Origin: Candidatus Doudnabacteria bacterium
Lineage (GTDB): Bacteria; Patescibacteriota; Doudnabacteria; UBA920
DNA: 64,000 nt
Reading direction: 5' to 3'
Assembly: GCA_963768175.1 (NCBI GenBank)
Contig: CAVYGQ010000001.1
Coordinates: 766,305 to 830,304, forward strand
Shown: positions 1 through 8,961 of the stretch, piece after piece
How the letters are laid out: the number at the start of each line of letters is the position of its first letter
How positions within the stretch are numbered: position 1 is the first letter of the stretch
Program-made: the position numbers and the translations under genes
Notes under the pieces: model-generated
What the model was told of the DNA's origin: nothing
What the model saw: only the letters and a program-made list of their open reading frames with translations
The model's database searches: none

Positions 1-146
1 CTAATGACGCTTATACTTCCGCCGCAGCCGGGGTATACGTTAACGGAGCTGCAGGCGACGAGCTTTATAAAAAGGTTAGCACGTTCTATAATGCAGCGGA
101 CTTAGCTGAACAACTGCCTAAAACATTAAAACATCTACTTGCTTAA
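1..146 (+). CDS. 3' fragment (48 aa, ends ...AAAGVYVNGAAGDELYKK...LLA*) of an upstream gene; possibly a ribokinase-like/YjeF-C type carbohydrate kinase C-terminus
   Basis: Open frame from position 3 to the TAA at 144-146; the motif resembles the C-terminus of sugar-kinase/NNR-like proteins; weak hairpin at 147-166. Confidence 0.3.
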   Translation, partial: NDAYTSAAAGVYVNGAAGDELYKKVSTFYNAADLAEQLPKTLKHLLA

Positions 147-182
147 ACCGCGGCCACGGTTTTAGCAAGTACCAATAAATTT

Positions 183-2354
183 ATGATAGAATTGGAAAAA
201 GCTTATGACCACAGCAAGGTGGAAGAAAAAATTTATAAACTATGGGAGGCTTCCGGATTTTTTAACCCGGACAGTTTGCCTGACGCGGAAAAGCGTAAGC
301 CTTTTACCATTTCTCTCCCTCCGCCGAATGTAACAGGTGTTTTACATATGGGGCATGCCTTTGAATACGCCATCCAGGACAGCGTCATTCGGTATCAAAG
401 GATGCGGGGCAAAAGAGCGCTGTGGGTTCCGGGCACTGACCATGCGGCCATCGCCACACAGGCCAAATTTGAAAAGGAACATTACAAAAAAGAAAAAAAA
501 TCCCGGCACGATTACAGCCGCGAAGAATTTTTCGACATGATCAATAAATTTGCCTTAGAAAACCAGCAAGGTATACTGTCGCAACTTCACAAGCTGGGAT
601 TATCTTTGGACTGGAGCAGGTTGGCTTTTACTTTAGATAAAGACCGCGAACTCGCGGTCAGGACTGCCTTTAAAAAAATGTACGAGGCTGGACTGATTTA
701 TCGCGGAAACCGCATGGTCAACTGGGACCCCAAAGGCCAAACCACGGTTTCTGATGATGAGATTGACTGGAAAGAAGAAAAAGTGCCTCTTTATTATTTA
801 AAGTACGGCCCATTTACTATTGCTACTGCCAGACCGGAAACCAAATTCGGCGACAAATACGTAGTTGTGCATCCGGATGATAAAAGATATAAGCAATACA
901 AGCAAGGCGATAAATTAAAAGTAGAATGGATTAACGGACCAGTTACCGCAACCATAATAAAAGATCCTATTATTGATATGGAATTCGGCACCGGTGCCAT
1001 GACTATCACCCCCTGGCATGACGCTGTTGATTTTGACCTTGCCCAGCGCCATAACCTCGATAAAGAACAAATCATCGATGAACGCGGAATTTTGCTTCCT
1101 ATTGCCGGGGAGTTTGCAGGTGACCATATTAAAAAAGCCAGGCCGAAAGTCGTAGAGAAACTGCAGTCCAAAAGTTTAATAGAAAAAATTGACGAAAATT
1201 ACATCCACCGCATTGCCACCAATATGCGCGGCGGAGGAATTATTGAACCGCAAATAAAACTGCAATGGTTTATAGACGTAAACAAAAACTTTACTCTTAA
1301 AAATTCCAAAATTCCCGCAATCCCATCGGGCAGCAAAACAACCTTAAAAGATATCATGAGAAAAACCGTAGCAAGCGGGCAAATCAAGATACTGCCCCAG
1401 CGGTTTGAAAAAATTTATTACTATTGGATAGATAACTTGCGCGACTGGTGCATTAGCCGGCAAATTATTTACGGCCACCAAATTCCAGTATGGTATAAAG
1501 GCAAAGAAATTTACTGCGGGCTAAAAGCGCCCAAGGGTGAAGGCTGGACCCAAGATACTGACACGCTGGACACATGGTTTTCTTCCGGCCTGTGGACTTT
1601 TTCCACTTTGGGCTGGCCAAAAGATACGGTTGACCTCAAAACCTATCACCCCACCTCCGTAATGATGCCGGGGTATGAAATTTTGTTTTTCTGGGTGGCG
1701 CGCATGATTTTGATGAGCGGGTTTTTGCTCGGCGATATCCCCTTTTACGAAGTTTATTTGCATGGCATTGTCCGCGACAGCCAAGGCAAAAAGTTCAGCA
1801 AGTCATTAAACAACGGCATTGACCCGCTGGAAATGACCGCCAAATACGGCACGGACGCTTTGCGTATGGCAATGGTCTTTGGCGCCGCACCCGGGAATGA
1901 TGTAATTTTTGACGAACAAAAAGTCAAAGGCATGAAGCATTTTGCCAATAAATTATGGAATATAGCGCGGTATGTTTTGGCAAATCTTGAGAATAATGAG
2001 ACAGGAATTATGAATTATGAATGGAAACCAATCACTCCAGCTGATAAAAAAGTTGTGGATGCTTTAAAGTTTGCCATAGAAGAAGTAACCGAAGGATTAG
2101 AAAATTTTTATTTGCATGCCGCGGCTCAAGAGATCTATCAATTTACATGGCATAGCTTTGCGGATATTTATATAGAAACAAGCAAGCTACAACTCAAAGA
2201 TGAAAAGCTTAAAGTCAATACCCAAGCCATACTTCTTAACTCATTATTCACAATTCTAAAATTACTCCACCCCTTTATGCCCTTTGTCACCGAGGAAATT
2301 TGGTCAAAGCTTAACCAAAAAGAATTATTGATGATAGCCGAGTGGCCAGAATAA
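183..2354 (+). CDS. valS: valine--tRNA ligase (class I aaRS), compact 723-aa form lacking the long C-terminal coiled-coil
   Basis: HIGH region PPPNVTGVLHMGHA; KMSKS variant KFSKSLNN; WCISRQ motif; typical ValRS/IleRS editing and anticodon-binding layout. Confidence 0.85.
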   Translation: MIELEKAYDHSKVEEKIYKLWEASGFFNPDSLPDAEKRKPFTISLPPPNVTGVLHMGHAFEYAIQDSVIRYQRMRGKRALWVPGTDHAAIATQAKFEKEHYKKEKKSRHDYSREEFFDMINKFALENQQGILSQLHKLGLSLDWSRLAFTLDKDRELAVRTAFKKMYEAGLIYRGNRMVNWDPKGQTTVSDDEIDWKEEKVPLYYLKYGPFTIATARPETKFGDKYVVVHPDDKRYKQYKQGDKLKVEWINGPVTATIIKDPIIDMEFGTGAMTITPWHDAVDFDLAQRHNLDKEQIIDERGILLPIAGEFAGDHIKKARPKVVEKLQSKSLIEKIDENYIHRIATNMRGGGIIEPQIKLQWFIDVNKNFTLKNSKIPAIPSGSKTTLKDIMRKTVASGQIKILPQRFEKIYYYWIDNLRDWCISRQIIYGHQIPVWYKGKEIYCGLKAPKGEGWTQDTDTLDTWFSSGLWTFSTLGWPKDTVDLKTYHPTSVMMPGYEILFFWVARMILMSGFLLGDIPFYEVYLHGIVRDSQGKKFSKSLNNGIDPLEMTAKYGTDALRMAMVFGAAPGNDVIFDEQKVKGMKHFANKLWNIARYVLANLENNETGIMNYEWKPITPADKKVVDALKFAIEEVTEGLENFYLHAAAQEIYQFTWHSFADIYIETSKLQLKDEKLKVNTQAILLNSLFTILKLLHPFMPFVTEEIWSKLNQKELLMIAEWPE

Positions 2355-2369
2355 TTAATTTGTATTCTT

Positions 2370-2615
2370 ATGAAAAACAAGTCGCCAGAAATGCCTTTAC
2401 AATCCCGATCAGCCAGCGAAATTTACGACAGTCTGATGGCTAAATATGGGGACAAACCTGTGAAGATAAAAGTTGAGGGAGAACAACTGGAAGACGGTTG
2501 GGAAATTTGTGGGGCCGAGGCAGATACGGTTTATGTAACAAAAAATGTTGTAGGAAAGGGCAGAATAACAAAGAAGTTTCCTCTCAACGAATTTCTGTCT
2601 TGGCAAAAGTTATAA
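2370..2615 (+). CDS. hypothetical small protein (81 aa)
   Basis: ORF immediately after valS, followed by a hairpin terminator; no recognisable motif. Confidence 0.4.
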   Translation: MKNKSPEMPLQSRSASEIYDSLMAKYGDKPVKIKVEGEQLEDGWEICGAEADTVYVTKNVVGKGRITKKFPLNEFLSWQKL

Positions 2616-2620
2616 AAACT

Positions 2621-2652
2621 TAAACCCGCCTCTCTAAAGAAGCGGGGTTTAA
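2621..2652. terminator. bidirectional intrinsic terminator hairpin (aaacccgcc...gcggggttt) between convergent genes
   Basis: GC stem flanked by A/T runs on both strands, between the 2370..2615(+) and 2676..3875(-) stops. Confidence 0.5.
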
Positions 2653-2675
2653 GTCAGCCTAATATAAACTATCGG

Positions 2676-3875
2676 CTAATGCGATTTTAAATACGCCTTC
2701 AAACCTCTTTTTAGTACTTCTATGGCCGCGGTTAATTTTTTGCTGCTTAACACATAGGCAATGCGAATTTCGTTTTTCCCCAAACCCTTAGTGATGTAAA
2801 AATCTTCCATGGGGGTAACCATCACGGTCTGATTTTTGTAAACAAATTTGCCGATTAAAAATTTGACGAAGTTTTCGCCGTCTTTTATCGGCAAACCAAC
2901 CGCCTGGTAAAAAGCTCCTTGGGAGGGCTTAAATACCGCACCGGGAATTTTGCTTAAGCCTCTAGCGACAACTTTTTGCCGTTTTTTATACTCTTTAATT
3001 ACGCTTTTCACATACGACCGGCTGTTGCGCAGTAGCGGCACCAAAGCCAGCTGTTCCAACGTGCCGGTAGATAGCCTGGCTTGGGCAAACTTTAAAATGG
3101 TAAACATAATGTCGTTATTAAAACTGGCAATGCAGCCGATGCGCGCGCCGGGCATGGAAAACCTTTTGCTGGCGCTGTCCACAACAATGACATTTCGGCG
3201 GTAAGCTTTTTTACTAAGCAGGCAGGAAGGTTTGCCGGCAAAACGAATTTCGCGGTAGGTTTCATCGGAAATTAAAAATAGGTTGCGTTGTTTACAAATT
3301 CTCAGCACCATTCCCAGCTCGTTTTCGGTCCAAAGCTTGCCGGTGGGGTTATCCGGATTAACCACCACAATGCCGCGGGTTTTTTCGGTTATCTTTTTTT
3401 CAATTTCCGCGGCCGGCGGCGTGACGAAATTATTTTTTATGGGCAGCAGCACCGGCACGAGTTTGACACCGGTCATAACGGCAAAAGATTTATAGCTAGT
3501 ATACAGCGGCTCAAACACAATCAGCTCGTCGCCCGGATCGCAAACCGCCTGCATGGCCAGCATAATGGCTTCGGCGCAGCCCACTGTGGGAATAATATTG
3601 GTCATAGGCAACTTAACGCCAAACTGCTCGTAATACTTTTGCCAGGCGGCGGTATGGGCGGTAATTCCGGGGCTGGGGGCGTAGCTTAAAGTTTTGCCGT
3701 CATATTTGCGGATAACGTTAAAAAACTCCTTGGGCGGGACCAAGTCGGGATCGCCGACGTTTATCTTATAAACTTTTACGCCTTTTTTCTCAGCTTGGTA
3801 CACGAAAGGCAAAAACTTGCGGATGGGCGAAGCTTTAACCGCATCCCCCCTTTTGGAAACTTTTAACTTTTTCAT
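2676..3875 (-). CDS. class I/II PLP-dependent aminotransferase (aspartate/aromatic aminotransferase-like)
   Basis: PLP-lysine motif SASKRFSMPGARIG; approximately 400-aa fold-type I layout. Confidence 0.8.
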   Translation of the reverse strand: MKKLKVSKRGDAVKASPIRKFLPFVYQAEKKGVKVYKINVGDPDLVPPKEFFNVIRKYDGKTLSYAPSPGITAHTAAWQKYYEQFGVKLPMTNIIPTVGCAEAIMLAMQAVCDPGDELIVFEPLYTSYKSFAVMTGVKLVPVLLPIKNNFVTPPAAEIEKKITEKTRGIVVVNPDNPTGKLWTENELGMVLRICKQRNLFLISDETYREIRFAGKPSCLLSKKAYRRNVIVVDSASKRFSMPGARIGCIASFNNDIMFTILKFAQARLSTGTLEQLALVPLLRNSRSYVKSVIKEYKKRQKVVARGLSKIPGAVFKPSQGAFYQAVGLPIKDGENFVKFLIGKFVYKNQTVMVTPMEDFYITKGLGKNEIRIAYVLSSKKLTAAIEVLKRGLKAYLKSH

Positions 3876-4024
3876 GATTCTAGGTTTAATTTTAAAAAGT
3901 ATGATAGTATCATACTCATCTGCTGTTATTATACCCCCACACTAAATTTTCTGCAATTTTTAGTGTGGGGGTAAATCAAAAACCCCCGCCCTTTACGAGG
4001 GTAAAAGTTATTCACCAACTCCTT

Positions 4025-4051
4025 GAGTGCTTATTCGTGCGAATTAGCACT
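4025..4051. repeat. left arm of a 27-bp perfect inverted repeat bracketing the arsR-like gene; overlaps its stop codon
   Basis: gagtgcttattcgtgcgaattagcact matches the reverse complement of 4315..4341 at 27/27 positions. Confidence 0.8.
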
Positions 4052-4304
4052 GGTCAAGGATTTGTTTTAGAACCAAAGGTTTTGGATTAACTAAACTATA
4101 AAAAACCATTAAGCTCTGCTGATCGGCAAATACCATTTCCGCGGCTCTTAAAACCGCCAAATGTCGCGAGGTAGATTTAAACGAAAGTTTAATTTCTTTG
4201 GCAATGTCGCCAACCGAAGCCTTATTGACCTTGTCCAGATATTTTAAAATCTTAAGCCTTCTTGCGTTTGCCAAAGCTTTTAATTGTTTTTCTAATTCTT
4301 TCAT
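4044..4304 (-). CDS. ArsR/SmtB-family winged-HTH transcriptional regulator (86 aa)
   Basis: LANARRLKILKYL...SVGDIAKEIKLSFKSTSRHLAVL HTH signature; GGAGG Shine-Dalgarno sequence 6 nt upstream of the ATG. Confidence 0.7.
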   Translation of the reverse strand: MKELEKQLKALANARRLKILKYLDKVNKASVGDIAKEIKLSFKSTSRHLAVLRAAEMVFADQQSLMVFYSLVNPKPLVLKQILDQC

Positions 4305-4314
4305 AAATACCTCC

Positions 4315-4341
4315 GAGTGCTAATTCGCACGAATAAGCACT
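4315..4341. repeat. right arm of the 27-bp inverted repeat, lying between the promoter region and the RBS of the arsR-like gene
   Basis: Reverse complement of 4025..4051; contains an internal agtgct/agcact hairpin. Confidence 0.8.
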
Positions 4342-4353
4342 CGTCTCCATTGT

Positions 4354-7317
4354 TTAATAGCTCCACGCTAAATCGCCTTTATTGGTACTAACCTTTAACA
4401 AATCCAAACCGGTAATTGATTTTAAAATTACGCCGGTTTTGTCTATGCCGACAAGAGAAGTCTTTTTACCGTTATAAACCGCTAAAATGACATAGGTTTT
4501 CTTGGCGGCCACGTTCTGGGAAAGGAAGGTTAAATTATTGTTTTTATCATATGCCCAAACAAAAGCCAAAATGTTTTTGCTGATATCCTGTAATATTCCG
4601 CTATAACTTAAAGACTGGATGGTAGACTGCATGCTGATTTTGCGGTTCTTTTCCTTAAGCTTAATCTCCGTGTTATTCCCGGCTTGGTCGGTAAGCAAAA
4701 TGTCATTTACATTATCCAGCACGGTAACTTTGGATGTGGTGGAAATATTATCACTGCCGGTAAACTGGATGTCTTTAAGCGAAGGGTTAAATTGTATAAC
4801 CGCTTCCGGGGCGGTTTTGTCTATGGTAAAGTTGGTGGTTTGTGGCTGTTCGTTATTCCCGGCTTTGTCGGTGGAAAAGAAGCTGATTGTATGCAGGCCT
4901 TCGGAGGTAACGCTAACTGTTCCCATTCCTCCCCCTTCTAGGGGGAGGCTAGGTGGGGGTGTTAAAGTTTGCCAAACTCCTCCGTCTAAACTGTATTGTG
5001 TTTTTAGTATTCCCGATGTGGTGGAGGCATTATTGTCTACTATTGGATCTTGCGCAGCCAAAGCCACGCTAACATTGCTCCTGTAAAACCCCGGCTGTCC
5101 CATAGTACCAATAATAGTTGAAGTGGAAACGGGAGGGGTGAGATCTTGAGATTGGTCTGCGTTGATGGTACTATCAGGGGTTACCACAACAGGAGTACTG
5201 GTAGGCGTGGCCTGTAAAGTTAAAGTAGTCTGCCCATTATCCCCGCCCAAATTTACTTGGCCGGTTAAAGCGGGAGTTACCGGCAAGTTAGAAAAGACCT
5301 GGGTTTGGGTTGTGACATTCCCACTTATACTTTCGTCATCCAGAGTAAAGGTCCCTGCCGCCGTACCAGCTATATTAATATCATAATTTTGATTATTATC
5401 CGTTGGTAAAAACACATATTTTTCATCTCCCCAGACTTCATAATCCGCTCCGGGAATAGAATTCTCTATTGAACCGTCCGGCAGAAGCCCTGAATGATTG
5501 CCATCTTGGTCAACTACGTCAATTGCCAAAGGGCTATGAATTTTTAAACTTTCCCCTTTAATTTCACAAAGGTCTGGCTTATTGGCCACTTCACCTTGAG
5601 TTAATATTTTCCCGCTAGTATCCAAAGCGCCGCCCGTAAGAATGTTTACAATTTCCTGACGGGAACCGTCTGCGCTAAGCAGGTTTCCGTGGTTTATGCC
5701 CGGCGCGAAAAATGTTCTGGTCTCATCTACCGGCAAACTGTCCGCGCTGGCAAAAGGTACAGTCCCGTCTCCCGAAGTGACTTTTGGAAAATTAAATGTC
5801 GGGGCCGAATTTTCATTAATCCATTCTGTAAACTTACCCAACGTCCCTGATTTACAACCAACTATGTTATATAAATCCACACCAGCGTTTCTTAAATCGT
5901 AGTTATCAAAATCCGCGGTATGCAAATCAGTACTACTAGCCACGCCTTGATTGTTAGCATAACTAGCACCCACCAAGTTCTGCATAGTCTCGGTAAAATT
6001 TAAGTCTTTATCTAAAATAGGATTTGTTAGAGGATTATGAAGGTGAAAAAAACTTCCGGCTTGATTATAGTATTCTTGCGTCGGAGCCAAATCATAAATC
6101 ACCGGCATATTTTGGCCTATCTTTTTCATTTCTAAAGGATTAAGCTCAGGGACGCCAAAATCGTCCCCCACTACTAAAGCTTTTAAAGCCTGTGGCGCGC
6201 CCAAGTTTGGCACGCCCACAAGCACCGCTTTACCAATATGGTGGTCGGTCGGATTTTCCCTTACATATTTTTTTACCAAAAGTCCGCCTGTACTATGGGC
6301 AACAACATTAACCACACTACTCCCCGTAGTGCTAGCAATATATGCAATCTCTCCTTTTAATTGGTTAACCGTGTCTTCACTAACCCCAAACCGCCAATCG
6401 TAAGGAAAAGTAAAAAGATCCTTGCCTTCAGTGTAACCGATGTCGGGAGAAGTAAGTTGATTAATTAAGCCATCTGTATAATGAGAAATAAAACCTATCG
6501 CTCCCTTTTGTCTTATAACTGACCCTAAGGTAAGACTAGCATTAAGCGGCGTCAAATTTTGATTAAAGGCTAACGGATCCATAAAGCCATCTGAAATAAA
6601 ACTCATTTTTGGATTTGCCCATAATAAATTAGTTCCTTGATATATATCTGTTCCTAAAACCCCAGGGACAACTAAAATGGGAACTTTTTGATTGTCTGTA
6701 ACATAGTGCATTCTAAACCACATTGCATAATTGGGATAAATAAAACTCAGGTTAAATTGACCGGCGCCAAGCCATGGGACAGTATTACTGTCTGTTCCGG
6801 CGGCTTCCACATTTTTCATTCCTCCGAGAAAAAACAAGATAAATTTTTTCGTTAAGTCACAAACCGGGCCATTATTTGGATCTATATTAAATTGAAACGA
6901 AAACTCTTGAAAACTATCACTCAATTGATCTTGACTAACAGAATTAAGCGAGGTTAAGTTAGCCAAAAAGAAATCTTCGTCTTCGCCATGCTCGTTGCAT
7001 AAAACTGTCATCTGTACAGGAAAGTCTTGGCCACCAGGGAATTTTCGAAGTCTAACATCTATAGAAGATAGTTTGGCCGGTACTTGGGACAAAAGTTCCG
7101 GAGGATATTTATTATAATCAAAACTTAACATTGTTAGCCCATAACCTGGTTCTTGCACTTGGGCAACATTGCCATTATCATTAACAAACATATCTCCTGC
7201 ATAAAAAGCCGGAACAATGGTACCATCTTGCAGGCCCTGAAAATAAAAAACATCCGATGCCGAAACAAACGCCGGTATAAGTAATAATCCCGAAACAAGC
7301 ACAATGCGCTTGAACAT
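4354..7317 (-). CDS. secreted alpha/beta-hydrolase (lipase/esterase, PGAP1/LCAT-like) with C-terminal Ig-like beta-sandwich domains (987 aa)
   Basis: N-terminal signal peptide MFKRIVLVSGLLLIPAFVSA; GxSxG nucleophile elbow VVAHSTGGLL; Thr/Ser-rich C-terminal repeats; carries an in-frame GC-palindromic element (4928..4961). Confidence 0.6.
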   Translation of the reverse strand: MFKRIVLVSGLLLIPAFVSASDVFYFQGLQDGTIVPAFYAGDMFVNDNGNVAQVQEPGYGLTMLSFDYNKYPPELLSQVPAKLSSIDVRLRKFPGGQDFPVQMTVLCNEHGEDEDFFLANLTSLNSVSQDQLSDSFQEFSFQFNIDPNNGPVCDLTKKFILFFLGGMKNVEAAGTDSNTVPWLGAGQFNLSFIYPNYAMWFRMHYVTDNQKVPILVVPGVLGTDIYQGTNLLWANPKMSFISDGFMDPLAFNQNLTPLNASLTLGSVIRQKGAIGFISHYTDGLINQLTSPDIGYTEGKDLFTFPYDWRFGVSEDTVNQLKGEIAYIASTTGSSVVNVVAHSTGGLLVKKYVRENPTDHHIGKAVLVGVPNLGAPQALKALVVGDDFGVPELNPLEMKKIGQNMPVIYDLAPTQEYYNQAGSFFHLHNPLTNPILDKDLNFTETMQNLVGASYANNQGVASSTDLHTADFDNYDLRNAGVDLYNIVGCKSGTLGKFTEWINENSAPTFNFPKVTSGDGTVPFASADSLPVDETRTFFAPGINHGNLLSADGSRQEIVNILTGGALDTSGKILTQGEVANKPDLCEIKGESLKIHSPLAIDVVDQDGNHSGLLPDGSIENSIPGADYEVWGDEKYVFLPTDNNQNYDINIAGTAAGTFTLDDESISGNVTTQTQVFSNLPVTPALTGQVNLGGDNGQTTLTLQATPTSTPVVVTPDSTINADQSQDLTPPVSTSTIIGTMGQPGFYRSNVSVALAAQDPIVDNNASTTSGILKTQYSLDGGVWQTLTPPPSLPLEGGGMGTVSVTSEGLHTISFFSTDKAGNNEQPQTTNFTIDKTAPEAVIQFNPSLKDIQFTGSDNISTTSKVTVLDNVNDILLTDQAGNNTEIKLKEKNRKISMQSTIQSLSYSGILQDISKNILAFVWAYDKNNNLTFLSQNVAAKKTYVILAVYNGKKTSLVGIDKTGVILKSITGLDLLKVSTNKGDLAWSY
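4928..4961. repeat. C/G-rich palindromic element (half copy) inserted in-frame in the hydrolase gene; encodes ...TPPPSLPLEGGGMG...
   Basis: cctcccccttctagggggaggctaggtgggggtg; the tail ctaggtgggggtg is identical to the end of the 23448..23536 copy. Confidence 0.7.
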
Positions 7318-7327
7318 AAAAATAAAA

Positions 7328-7609
7328 TTAGAATGAGGTATTAATAATTATTATGGCGAAGTATAAATAAGCAAGCAGTAAAATCAATAAAATTAAAGAA
7401 AACAAAAACCAAATATGGCTTTTTTCTTTTTTTGAAATTACCGCCAGCCATGCTGTGCCAAGGATTGAAACAATTAAAAATCCCAATTTAAAATAATTTC
7501 GATAGTCCTCCAACCAATTTCCTGCAAATTCAAAAAAGTGGGTATAAAGTTGAATTAAGGCCACAGGGAGGATAACCAAAAAACAAAGCATTAATATCTT
7601 TTTTTTCAT
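7328..7609 (-). CDS. small integral membrane protein (93 aa, 3 predicted TM segments)
   Basis: Hydrophobic segments LMLCFLVILPVALI, LGFLIVSILGTAWLAVI and LFSLILLILLLAYLYFAIIII. Confidence 0.4.
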   Translation of the reverse strand: MKKKILMLCFLVILPVALIQLYTHFFEFAGNWLEDYRNYFKLGFLIVSILGTAWLAVISKKEKSHIWFLFSLILLILLLAYLYFAIIIINTSF

Positions 7610-7655
7610 ATATTTTGTTTCTTAATGATTTTACTATTGGTTAAGCATAACAAAT

Positions 7656-7685
7656 TAAAAATCCTTGTCAATAGCAAGGATTTTT
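7656..7685. terminator. hairpin terminator (aaaaatccttg-tcaatag-caaggattttt), probably ending the minus-strand R-M operon
   Basis: 11-bp perfect stem whose arms carry A/T runs. Confidence 0.45.
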
Positions 7686-7770
7686 AAAAATTTCTTATTT
7701 ATTTGGCTAAAATCCAAATGTAGGTGGATAAAAAAATCCTTATAAATAAGAAGTTTTTCAGAATTATCTT

Positions 7771-7947
7771 TTAATTATACCTGCTTGATTTATCCTTCAG
7801 CGCCTCCGCTTCGGCAAAAACCTTGGTTAAATCTTCCACAGTATTGCCTCTGCCTTGCTTCATCGCCTGGCAAATATGGCAATCGGGAAAATAATTCCAC
7901 GGCCCGCGGGTGGTTGTACGAGGTTTTGCTGATGGCTTTTTGGCCAT
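7771..7947 (-). CDS. hypothetical basic small protein (58 aa, MAKKPSAKPRTTTRGPWNYFPDCHICQAMKQG...) at the 3' end of the R-M operon
   Basis: ATG-initiated ORF not in the supplied track (under 60 aa); position after the PD-(D/E)xK gene; no family assignment. Confidence 0.25.
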   Translation of the reverse strand: MAKKPSAKPRTTTRGPWNYFPDCHICQAMKQGRGNTVEDLTKVFAEAEALKDKSSRYN

Positions 7948-7982
7948 AATTTTATTTTTTAAAATTGGTTTTTAAACTTACA

Positions 7983-8507
7983 TTATTTCGGAACTGGCAG
8001 GCCGATCTTTTTTAGTGGTAAGAACTGAAAATAATATTCACAACCCATTGAGATAACATAGTCTAAAGAGTCCTTATACCTTGGTTGCCGAAACCAATTG
8101 CTTAAAATATAAATATACTGAACTTTTATATTAAGTGGCTCCATAAGTTTTTTATATATTTTCTTTTTAAAATCGCAGGTTTGTAGCTTTTCATCAACTG
8201 AACCGGGAGTTTTTTGAAACTTTATTTCAATAACAAAAAGAGTGTTGTTTATTATAACAAACACCGCTTCGTCAGGGAGCCATTTTTTTGAAACTATTTT
8301 TTTATAATCAACTCCTTGTGATTCTAAATACTTATAAAGTGCATTTTTTCTATAACTCCTCGCAACCTCCTTGCCATTAAAAAGAATCGTGTGATCGTTA
8401 TATACTGTATAGCCTTTAGTTGTAGACAGCAACGTTAAAATATCTACCCGCTTTTCAAATTTTAGGCCTGTTTTTGTATTGGCTCCACCCTTACCTTTTT
8501 CTATCAT
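7983..8507 (-). CDS. putative PD-(D/E)xK-fold nuclease, candidate Type II restriction endonuclease
   Basis: WLPDEAVFVIINNTLFVIEIKFQK gives PD...(E)IK catalytic-motif spacing; lies in an operon with a DNA methyltransferase. Confidence 0.45.
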   Translation of the reverse strand: MIEKGKGGANTKTGLKFEKRVDILTLLSTTKGYTVYNDHTILFNGKEVARSYRKNALYKYLESQGVDYKKIVSKKWLPDEAVFVIINNTLFVIEIKFQKTPGSVDEKLQTCDFKKKIYKKLMEPLNIKVQYIYILSNWFRQPRYKDSLDYVISMGCEYYFQFLPLKKIGLPVPK

Positions 8508-8526
8508 AAATTTTTGCTGGATGTAA

Positions 8527-8961
8527 TTATAAATTATTTATAAGGTTGAGTTCAATTGAATGAGGCTTCCTATTTCGTTTTAAATACTCTCTTCCATTAT
8601 ATGCCAGCAATACAATAGCATCGTACCCGAGTTTTTTTGCTTTTTTATACATCTTAGAATCTAAACTAATTCTGCGGTTATACCAACCATCACCATCTTT
8701 TAAAGCTCCGGCATATAACTTCTTAAATTCTTTTGGAAACAAATGTTTTAAAATCCTAATTTCGGAAGTGCCACAAATTGGATTCAAAATTTTAACCTTT
8801 TCTGGGATGTCATTCGGCCTGCCGTAAAACTCGGCGTGCTTATATGTGGATGCAAGAAACTTGCCTCTCTTGTTATAAGCATTTGGATCAAGAGGGGTTA
8901 CATGCCACCATTTGGATTTATTAACTTTGTCAATAAGAATTTTTTTTAGAGAAGCTCTCAT
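8527..8961 (-). CDS. hypothetical protein (144 aa) within the R-M operon
   Basis: Start overlaps the MTase stop by 4 nt; no recognisable motif. Confidence 0.4.
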   Translation of the reverse strand: MRASLKKILIDKVNKSKWWHVTPLDPNAYNKRGKFLASTYKHAEFYGRPNDIPEKVKILNPICGTSEIRILKHLFPKEFKKLYAGALKDGDGWYNRRISLDSKMYKKAKKLGYDAIVLLAYNGREYLKRNRKPHSIELNLINNL

